Shown: piece after piece, positions 19,466 to 29,060 of the stretch | How positions within the stretch are numbered: the stretch's first letter is position 1 | How the letters are laid out: every line of letters starts with the position of its first letter | Origin: Podarcis liolepis | Lineage: Eukaryota | Strand: one strand, 5' to 3' | Length of the DNA: 64,000 nt | Assembly (NCBI GenBank): GCA_965112155.1 | Contig: OZ218104.1 | The notes under the pieces: generated by a model | The model's input: the letters and a program-made list of their open reading frames with translations, nothing else | Databases searched by the model: none | Told to the model about the DNA's origin: nothing | Translations under genes and position numbers: made by a program

Positions 19466-20606
19466 ACCTATGCCAGCAGAATATTTTGACGACTGGCTTT
19501 TCACGCCCACACTTTCGGCCAGCACTTTCCGGGGGTTCGACTCGGACGAGGACCCGACACAAGACGTCCGTTCCCCGGAGGGGTCACCCTCGGGATCTGC
19601 ATCAGAACCCTCGTATTGGTGGGACGATAGGCCAGAGGAGCAGTGGCGCAGACGGTGGCTGGAAGGCCCAGGACGAGCAACACCGACAGGAGGAAGTGAG
19701 GGAGAGACGGACATGGACGTTTTCGGGGACGACCCTGGTTTCGAGCACGGCTGCACAGAGATGGAAGCGGAGGTGACTGTCGTCGACGAGAGCGGGGAGG
19801 AAGACCCGGGAGACTTCAGATGGAGGCCTGCCACGGGAAGCGACCGATACCCGACGTTCGTCCCTTTGCAACAGCAGCCCCCAGCTCCAGCACCGGAAGG
19901 AGGGGAGGGGGGAATGGGGGGCTTCGAGGGGGGGATGGATGTCAGGGGTTTAGGAGCAGAAGCACGGGCAAGGGAGGAAACAGAGAGCGAAGGGGAGGAG
20001 GCAGAAGAAAAGATGAGTGACGACGACGACCCGAGATCTCCTAGTCTTTCCAGTGAATCAGAGGATTCACAGAAAGGAGCACCAGTGGCGAGGGCAAGGG
20101 GGGAGTCTAGGGGGGCACCCCAGGAAGACAGAGCCAGAGAGGACTCAGGGGGGAGCAGCTGGAAATCGGGACCAGCGTCACCGCCAGGAAGCAGGGAAGA
20201 GGAAGGGAGCCAGGGGGGAAGCGCTGGCAGCTCACCACAGGAGGGAGGACATGAGTCAGGAGTGGCCACACCTCCACAGGAGGGAGGACATGAGTCGGGG
20301 ATGGCCACACCTCCATCGGGGAGCGAAGAAACGGTTGAGAGGAAAGTGGAAGGTTGGGCGCGCGCGCCAAGTTCAAATGCAGAGGAAGGCGGCGCAGTAA
20401 GCAGCCCCGAAAGAGAGCCAGGTCCTAAAGCCCGGCGCAAGGAGGCAGGAGGGTCTGGGTCAGCGTCAGAAGAATCCCGGAAGGAAGAAGCCCCGGGGGG
20501 TAGAGGGACCCAGAGGAGGACAGTCAGGAGGAAAAGGTGGAGCAAGGCTAGGATATTAAGTTGGTGCACACAGGGCGGAGACTCAGACGGAGCTTCGCCG
20601 ACCTAG
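19350..20606 (+). CDS. +1-frame continuation: C-terminal half of the chromodomain plus a long acidic/disordered tail running through U3 of the 3' LTR (first ATG 19470)
   Basis: Stop-free frame reading VEYFLAKEGTPASANSWVPGYALDEPLLKDEFHALFPHRPMPAEYFDDW...DSDGASPT*; 667 nt of it lie inside the LTR. Confidence 0.7.
   Translation, partial: VEYFLAKEGTPASANSWVPGYALDEPLLKDEFHALFPHRPMPAEYFDDWLFTPTLSASTFRGFDSDEDPTQDVRSPEGSPSGSASEPSYWWDDRPEEQWRRRWLEGPGRATPTGGSEGETDMDVFGDDPGFEHGCTEMEAEVTVVDESGEEDPGDFRWRPATGSDRYPTFVPLQQQPPAPAPEGGEGGMGGFEGGMDVRGLGAEARAREETESEGEEAEEKMSDDDDPRSPSLSSESEDSQKGAPVARARGESRGAPQEDRAREDSGGSSWKSGPASPPGSREEEGSQGGSAGSSPQEGGHESGVATPPQEGGHESGMATPPSGSEETVERKVEGWARAPSSNAEEGGAVSSPEREPGPKARRKEAGGSGSASEESRKEEAPGGRGTQRRTVRRKRWSKARILSWCTQGGDSDGASPT
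19926..19939 (+). other. Polypurine tract
   Basis: GAGGGGGGGATGGA immediately before the TG of the 3' LTR. Confidence 0.85.
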
Positions 20607-20731
20607 CTACTAGGCGTAGAGTTGCGCGCAGCAGCGTGAGAATGGAAACTGTAATTCAATAAAGACTTTTACTTAATGACCGCTGGCTAGCGTGATCCTC
20701 TGTGAGCTAGGATCTTCAAGCAGCTCTGACA
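19940..20731 (+). repeat. 3' LTR
   Basis: 792 bp; no difference from the 5' LTR seen by eye, and ORF-track peptides in several frames are identical in both copies. Confidence 0.97.
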
Positions 20732-21110
20732 CATGGGTATACATCCGTATGCTAAGTACTGTTTTTCAAAAGCCAAGCCATGCACCCCCTACTTCTGAAT
20801 TTTTTTTATATCTCAGTGGTTTTTGTTATGTGAATGGTACCATGGACCCCCTGGTGGGTTATGCGGACCTCTGGGGTACATGGCCCACCAGTTGGGCACC
20901 ACTGTTCTAGGGAATCCTGGGAATCTACAGACAAGCTGTCCAAGTATAGGCAGCATGTGGTGTGCCTGTAGTGATTGAGCCTCAGCCTGCTTCCTGAAGT
21001 GCACACACATCCCATGATTCTAAACATACGTTTGTATATTTATACATTATTAATATCATATCTACATTTTGATGCTACTGTAAGAGCTTTGAAATTTTAC
21101 CACCCAATCT

Positions 21111-21363
21111 ATGGGTAGGCAAACTAAGGCCCGGGGGCTGGATCCGGCCCAATCTCCTTCTAAATCCAGCCTGCAGACAGTCCAGGAATCAGCATTTTTT
21201 TACATAAGTAGAATGTGTCCTTTTATTTAAAATGCATCTCTGGGTTATTTGTGGGGCATAGGAATTCGTTCTTTTTTCTTCTTCTTCAAAATCTAGTCTA
21301 CCCCCCCAAAAGGTCTGAGGGACAGTGGACCAGCCCCATGCTTAAAAAGTTTGCTGGCCCCTG
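21111..21363. mobile_element. hAT-type non-autonomous DNA transposon (degenerate)
   Basis: Imperfect TIR (GGGTAGGCAAACT / AGTTTGCTGGCCCCTG) with subterminal GGCCC motifs. Confidence 0.6.
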
Positions 21364-22780
21364 ATCCAGTCAATGTAGCAGTTGAAATTATTGTACACTG
21401 CTCCCCTAAGCTCATTGAAATCAATGGTCTTAAATGTGGCTAACTGCACAGAAGTGCAGCATAAAGTGCTTTTGGCTGCAGGCCAACAGATGCATCTAAG
21501 AAGATCCAGAATACACAATGCATTTGGGATTCTCTATCCTGGCCTTGTTGTTGTTTTTTTAAAGCAATTGCAGCCTTTGGATGGGACTGTGACAGTCTGG
21601 GAGAGGGGGCTGATAGTGAGATTGCAGCCAGTGGATGTGACATCCTCAGTAGCAAAGAGCAACTGGGGGGAGTGATCTTAGATGAGGAAGGAGTGAGATC
21701 ATGACCACACAGTGACCACCATGGCCAAGGAGAAATCAAGTCTGTGTCAAAATCCAAAAGATTATCTTTCCACTTCCCTAGAATCTCTGTTATCCTGAAA
21801 GTAGTGGCCTAGGAGATGCAGTCAGTAGCTTCTCCATGATTGGTGTCCTTTAATTTGTCTTTCAATTAAGCCAGGAAGCAGAATACCAAAATTGCACCTC
21901 CACACTTTATTACAGTACTTTCCTTCCCTTCCATGGGAACTAGGTAGCTCAGAGAAATGGAGAATGCATTTGCTATGTTTTGTCAGTAGTGGGGGCTAAT
22001 GGACCAACGTTTTTTCTTTTTCTTTTTTACTGTTGAGTTGGACCATGCCAGTTTGTACAGAGTGTAAACTCTGAAACCCTTCTCATTGGTTACTAATTCA
22101 TGTTCATAAATATCTGAGATAATGCCTTCTCTCATATCAACCTGCCTGTGCATTAGGATCAGCAGAAAAGGCTCACCTGGTGGTCCCTGCATTAAATGAA
22201 GTGTGTTTGTGTGGAGGCCCATGGAAGGGCCCTTTCACTGGTGATTCTACATCAGTTGAACGACCTCTTGAATGAAATGTGTGTTTCTCCAACCTTATGT
22301 TCTTTTAGATGCCATGTAGAAACTCACATTTTTTCAGACTTTTAGAAGCTGATGGAAGCTTTTATTATGTGGTTAATTGTGTAATTTAGGATTATTGCTT
22401 TAATGTTTCTGTTTCTTGTGTTTTTAGATTACCTTATTGTCGTAAATCACTGTGTGATTTTTTTTTGGGGGGGGGGAATGGTGGTATAGATTAGAAATCG
22501 CTTGAGAAATAAAAAAAGAATGCTGAAAAACTGTAAACTGCTCTTGCGGCCTACCAAACTGCTTGGCTGCAAGTTCATTCTGGTGCTAGCTTGGCAGAGT
22601 AGCAGAGGTCAGCCAGCTGGCTGATTATGTTTGGGGGAAAACTGGGACGAAACACCAGCATAACTATAATCAGACACACACGCAAGACTGGACATCTGCT
22701 CACTCTTTCTCTTATATGCTATACAAACTGTTTATCATTAATTTTTTCTTAATATTTCTCATCATTTCCTGTCTGCAGTA

Positions 22781-23022
22781 CAGTGGTACGTCGGGTTAAG
22801 TACTTAATTCGTTCCGGAGGTCCGTTCTTAACCTGAAACTGTTCTTAACCTGAAGCACCACTTTAGCTAATGAGGCCTCCTGCTGCTGCCGTGCCGCCGG
22901 AACATGATTTCTGTTCTCATCCTGAAGCAAAGTTCTTAGCCCGAGGTACTATTTCTGGGTTAGTGGAGTCTGTAACCTGAAGCGTATGTAACCTGAAGCG
23001 TATGTAACACGAGGTACCACTG
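22781..23022. mobile_element. Tc1/pogo (Tigger-like) MITE
   Basis: TIR CAGTGGTACgTCG / CGAGGTACCACTG, TA on both sides, internal TAACCTGAAG repeats. Confidence 0.85.
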
Positions 23023-26000
23023 TACTCTTTAGTAAGGTTCAGTGAACTCAGTAGAGCTGACTTGTTAATAGTCAAGTATAAAATTGCCCTGTTTAAATAT
23101 GATAGATATGGGGCTGTATCCAACATTCTCTGTTTGCCCTTTCACTTTTTTGGAATGTTAATGTTACACAGCAGAAGAATCCAGTTCGCAACAGTTGTAG
23201 AGGAAACGCATTGCACAACTCATGGGGTTGTGCAGCAAAGTTACCAGCAACCTGCTTCTGCATTTTGTTGTGAAACAATACAAACATGTTGCCAGTGGAA
23301 CCAGTACTTCCAGTACCAAGGGACTTTAACTTAGCACCACATTGGATACAACCCACAATGTAGAGAATTATTTGGTATTCCTTTATTGCAATATTATTAT
23401 TGCTATTTTTCTTTCATTCATGAAATGCCTGAAATGTTCTAGGTGCTGTATATAAATTACAAATAACACAGTCCTTATCCATAGGCCTGTAGTCCAATAG
23501 ACATGACAAGGGAAAAACAAGCAAATTCAGGTACCAGTTCTTAATGGTTACCAAGTTATGTAATTGTTTTTTTGGTAACCAGCTGACTATGAGCTGTACC
23601 CAGCTAGGTATTATGCAGAGTAGACCCATTGAAATTAGTCATGTGTATTAATTGGGTCTATTCTTGGTATAACTAGCATTAGATATAACCTAATATTATA
23701 AATGACTTATATATTTGCAGATATTTTAATTTTTGAGGTAAAGTTTTTTCCAATGTCCTTAAAGGATAAAAACCATTCTTAATACAAAGGACTTACCTGT
23801 TACTATATTTCCTGTAATTTAATTTCCCATCTTTTCCAGAAAAGTGCTAGTGAACATTTAACTGCTATGAAGTAGCTAAGTGAAATTGTCCCCCCCCCCC
23901 TCTTTAACTGAGTACATTAGAACTGGAGCTTTAGAAACTATTATATACCTAGTCTTTGTTCTAAAGTCTAATCTGCACCCTAATTACAAGTAGTCATTTT
24001 TTTAGAGTCTGGACTGTTCTCTGAATTTGATTTCTGTCAAGAAATTATTTTAAAATCTTCTTAAATTCACATTGCATTCTTAAGGTTTTTGTATTAATGT
24101 TATCTTCCTTGCCAACTGTAGAAGAAATAAGTAAGTTACATGATGGGCTCTGATTTAATAGCTACTTTTAAACGTTGAAATATTCATGAAAAAATATAGG
24201 CTTCCCAGAGTTTACGTGCAGCAGATATGGATTTTGGCAAATAAAGAAAATAGAGATTGATTTGATTTCTCATTATCCTTCTGTCAACATGACTTGTAAG
24301 AAAAAGATTAATGTCTACATAAAGACCTGCTTTGCTTTCAAATCTGCAGTAAAATAATGTAAGGCCCAGTTCAGACACCGCCTCACAGCCTTCTCCCTTC
24401 TCTGTACGTAAACGAAAGTGAAGTCTTACTTCACTTTAGAACTAGCCATAGTTGTGCATTGTATACAAACTCAGTTAACTGAAGTTTGGGCTTGTCATCC
24501 AGATTAAAATAGAAAATGGTTAGTTTCAAAATGAGCCAGCATCAAACCATAGCTGGCATATTTAAGTTACCATTGTTTGTTTTAAACCAAGATTCCTGGT
24601 CTGTATGCAGTGCTTAGCTGTGCAAAATATGCCTGGTGGAATTATAACATGAAGTTTTGTCATCTCATCTGTGCAATATACTTTCATATAGACTGACTTC
24701 TCATTCCTCACTGTAATGTTATTCAGATACTTGGCACATGCACAATTTCACAAAAGATTTAGAAAGCAGTCATTCTTCAGTAATCCCAGTTGTACTGTAG
24801 ACTGCAGCTGACTGCTCACGTGTAGCCCTACTATTCCACTCAGACCTCAGCCTGCATTAAAAGACTAACATAATCGTATTGAGAGAAAGCATTTAGAGGA
24901 CTATAATCCACTGGTCTTCCTGAATGACTTTTTACATAATGAAAATCTGTGAAGGGTAAATATGTTGATGAGGAGCTTCACAAACATTTATTTATATTCA
25001 AATTATTATTCTGCACTCTTAATTTTTAGCCGGAAGGCTAGGAGCTTTAATACCTCTTGGATTTTGTTTATATATAGAAACAATCCTGTGACACATGGCC
25101 TTCCGGGTTCTGTTGTTTTGAATTTTAATTTAATATTTCTTTTTTCATTACCGGATCTTTCCAAATGATTTTGGTTTGGTCATTTTTAACCTGCGAAAAA
25201 CAGATGAAACCTTTAAGGTTCTTTAGTTCAACAAGCATAGATCAGCATTCAGTGCTTGATTTTTCCAGATGCAGACCCCTTGGCTTCAGCACATCACCAT
25301 AAATTGTAATTGAATTTTTCTCTTTCTGTCCTCTCTATAGATCTCCAAAATTCTTGGTGCTGTGAATCTTAGGGTGAATGTAGGGTACCAGTGTTCTAAG
25401 AGTCCGTGTGCTGGAGTAATTCAAAAGCTGACACCCCCACCATCTAAGTTTATTTACTTTAAAGGTAGTGACACTTTAAAAAAATAGAACTTCCAAGTGA
25501 ATGTGGTTATATTTCTGAGAATTAGCTTAGGTGCCACTGCTATAAAATGGAATTCACAAAGTCATCTGTAAGCAAATTCCCATTGCATTATATTATATAT
25601 AAAGATGAAAAAGTTTGCGCTTGTCGTGAGATGGAAGCAGCTGATTTTATAATATTTAAACAGTGTTTTGCACTTCAGCCTTGCACACATATATGTGGAC
25701 AATAATAAATTCTTTGCAGGCGAGATTCCACTCAGTAAAATAACTATGGAAGTTTATGACAACTCTCTAATGCAGTGGTGGTGTTTCACAGTATAATAAT
25801 GAAATGGGTTATTTGGAGTGTGTAGGCAATTCAGTATGGGTAACTCAGTTTGATTGATAAGCTTATGCTTGGGCATCTGTCTTTTTTTGAAAAAATGACT
25901 GTCACAAACAGGCTGGCAAGTTGACAGAACAGGCTTTATTTTAAATAAATAATAGCAACAGGCTTTATCCTGAGCACAAAAGCAACACTTTTGCTCAGAT

Positions 26001-26831
26001 GGAATGATGCCAGCTCATTATAATATTTTAACACTTCCATATTAATACTAAAACAATTCTGTAATATGAACCTGACAAAACATTTTGAAGTAAAACCTGG
26101 ATGTTATAAATCAAAAGTGCTTATTTCCTTTTATATTGCACACTCTGTATTTATAATTACTGGGCTATCATCATGGTCGTAATACATTACTTTGTCATCC
26201 TCTGTAAAATACAGCAAAGTTTGATTTTTAAAAAATCTTATTTTACAAAAAAAAAAGAGAGACTCCCTCTGCCTTTTCCAGTGAATATATACATTCTTAA
26301 AAATTACTAAGGCTGTAAACATAAGAAAATAACCAGGCCTTTAGAAGTGTGTGTGTGTACATACGTACACAAAAGCCAAGCTTCTGCTTTAAATTTGTGA
26401 TCCAGTTTATACATAACACCTAAGCCAAACCATGGGTTGGTCCAAATGGAGATTGTGGCTCCTTTGCTTCTTCAGTCCTGGAGCATGTTGTATGAACCAA
26501 GGCTTGTGGTTTGTTTTCATTCCCAAGAAACCATGAGCTGTAACCGAGTTTTATTTGGCTTACAGCTTATGATTTGCCTGGAGGGGACAAACTATGAGCC
26601 CAGGGTCAGATGACTTACTAGGTTAAACCATGGCTTAGCTCACAGCTACAGAAGACTAGACCAAGAGCAAAGTGCCAGCAATCTCTCCTCTAGGAGTCTA
26701 AATGCTTGTACATTTGTGCCAAAAAATTGTTCAGATTACCGTTAATGTGCAACCCGAGCGAATGTGATCTTGTGTGTAAAATATATTCAGTACATCACAA
26801 TCTAGTGGCTCAAACACTAAGATATAAATCG

Positions 26832-28135
26832 TAGAATTGTAGAGTTGAAAGGGACTCTGAGGGTCATCTAGTCCAGCCACCTGCAATTAAGGCAGGCTTC
26901 CTCAACCTTGGCTCTCCACATGTTTTTGGCCTACAACTCCCGTCATCCCTAGATAGTAGGACCAGTGGTCAGGGATGCTGGGAATTGTAGTCTCAAAACA
27001 TCTGGAGGGCCAAGGTTGAGGAAGCCTGAATTAAGGAATCTCAACTAAAGTACTGATGGCCATCCAATTTGTGCTAAGAAATCTCCAATGAAGGAGAGTG
27101 CACCACCTGAGGGAGTCCATTCCACTGTTAAAGAGCTTTTACCATCAGAAAGTTATTCCTAATGTTCAATTGGAATCTTCTTTGTTGTAACATGAATCTA
27201 TTGGTTCTGGTCCTATCCTCTGGAGGAGAAAACAAGCTTCTTCCTTCTTCCATGTGATAGCCCTTTAGATATTTGAAGATGGCCTTCATATCTCCTCTTT
27301 TCCATGCTAAACATACCCAACTCCCCCAACCTTTCCTCATAAGACTTGGTTTCCAGACCCTTTATCATCTTGGTTGTCCTCTGCTGCACTCATTCCAGCT
27401 TGTCATTAGCCTTCTTAAATGGTGGTGCCCAGAACTGGAGACAGTACTCCAGGTGTGATCTGACCAAGACAGAATAGTGGTGCTATTACTTCCCTTGATT
27501 TAGACACTAAACGTCTGTTGACGTAGCCTAGAATAGCATTAGCTTTTTTTACTGCTGCATCAGATGGTTGACTCATGTTAAGCTTCTGGTCTACTGAGAC
27601 CCCTAGATCCTTTTTGCATATACTACTGGCAAGCCTGGTGTCCCCCATCTTATATTTGTGCAGTTGGTTCTTCTTGCCTAAGTGTATAACATTACATTTG
27701 TCCCTATTGAAATTCATTTTGTTTGTTTGGGCCCAGTTCTCTAATCTGTTAAGGTCAGTTTTAATCCCAATTCTGTCTTCTGTAGCATTAGCTATCCTTT
27801 CCAGTTTGGTGTCATCTGCAAATTAATGAGCATACCCTCAATTCCTTCATCCAAGCCAAGTCATTTATAAAGATGGTGAACAACAACAGGCCCAGGACAG
27901 AATCCTGTGGCACCAACTTGTCACTTTTTTCAGGATGCCGAGGAACCATTACTAACTTCTCCATGATATCATGGGGAAAATCTTACTGAAATCAAAATAT
28001 ACTATGTCCACGGCATTCCCCTGAAACACCAAAAAAGAAATGAGGTTCGTCTGGCATGACTTGTTTTTGAGAAACCCATGCTGGATCTCAGTAATCACAG
28101 CATCCTTTTTTAAGTGCTCACAGACATGGCCGTTT
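26832..28135 (-). mobile_element. CR1 LINE 3' fragment (degenerate ORF2 plus 3' end)
   Basis: Minus-strand peptides QHGFLKNKSCQTNLISF, VDIVYFDFSK, FNRDKCNVIHLG, KDLGVSVDQKLNMSQ, KKANAILG; CR1-type 3' end GGACTAGATGACC...CAACTCTACAATTCTA. Confidence 0.9.
26893..27028. mobile_element. hAT MITE nested in the CR1
   Basis: 20-bp TIR CAGGCTTCCTCAACCTTGGC / GCCAAGGTTGAGGAAGCCTG; perfect 8-bp TSD AATTAAGG. Confidence 0.88.
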
Positions 28136-28859
28136 AATTGCCTGTTCTGGGCCAAGCAAAAACTGAAAGAAGATGTGAAGCAGGGCTGCTGAAGGGCAAG
28201 GGGTGTGCTGTTGGGAAAGTCACAAGGGCTAGACAGAGGCTTGGAGGGCCACATTTGGCCCTTGGGCCAGAGGCTCCCTATCCCCGCTTTATAGCAACTT
28301 GGATATAAAGACCCATAATGTAAATTTACTGGAGTTATACTACTTAGCAATTCTTTGCTTAATTATGTTGCTTAATGTGAAGTACTTAATGTGGAAACTA
28401 ATTTGTATTGCTGCAATATGTAATATTTCCAGGACAGCTAGGCACGCTCATGCAAAACAAAGTTTAAATATGTGAATGGACATATATTCTACCACAAAAA
28501 GGGAAATTATGAAAAGTCCTTACTACTTAGCTTTCTGGTTTTTCTCACTTCACCTTTTAAGTTATAAATGGTCTCTAAAACATGGATAACATTTTCAAGC
28601 TCTCTTATGCCCTCTAAACCTGTTTATCAATCAAGATAGGTCCCTTAGCCTTTAAAAACTTCTGGAGGGTTTAGAGATGTGCTGGGCTTTTATTTTTGGC
28701 AGTGACAAATGTCCATGAATTTGGTGAAACCAAGTTTTGACTGGGGTGGCCTGAAGTGCAACTTCTAATAATTCAACAGTAATTTACTCCCACAAAACAA
28801 GCTGGAATGATTGCTACCTTCTGCTCTCATTGCCCATAGGGAGACCAGTGCAGAGGACA

Positions 28860-29060
28860 CAGAATAATAGAATTGCATTGTAGAAGGTACCCCAATGCTC
28901 ATCTAGTTCAACCCCATGCAATGCAGGAATCTCAACTAAAGCATCCATGACAGATGACCATCCAGCCTCTGCTTAATAACCTCTTAGCAAGGAGAGACTG
29001 CCATCTTCCAAGGGAGTCCATTCCACTGTCGAACAGCTCTTGCTGTCATAAAGTTCTTCC
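28860..29060 (-). mobile_element. Short CR1 3'-end fragment
   Basis: Similar to the 3' end of the CR1 at 26832-27170 (ATCTAGT...GGAATCTCAACTAAA...GGGAGTCCATTCCACTGT). Confidence 0.75.

Larger units (their letters stand above)
14109..20731 (+). mobile_element. Full-length Ty3/Gypsy LTR retrotransposon (chromovirus, Tf1/sushi-like), 6623 bp
   Basis: Two 792-bp LTRs (TGTCAG...CTGACA), 5-bp TSD CATGG (14104-14108, 20732-20736), gag, pol in PR-RT-RH-IN-chromodomain order, PPT before the 3' LTR. Confidence 0.98.

Noticed and set aside
19445-20569. 374-aa antisense ORF over the tail and 3' LTR (225-aa copy at 14061-14738)
   Set aside because: GTG start and low-complexity S/P/L product. In this register a stop needs TA- or CA-starting sense codons after a pyrimidine, which are rare in the purine-rich sense ORF, so an open antisense frame is expected.
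25900-26330. AT-rich stretch with minus-strand AATAAA (~25934-25939) as a distal RGS9BP poly(A) site
   Set aside because: Would need a ~7.5-kb 3' UTR across several repeats; AATAAA is common in AT-rich DNA and cannot be supported without transcript data.
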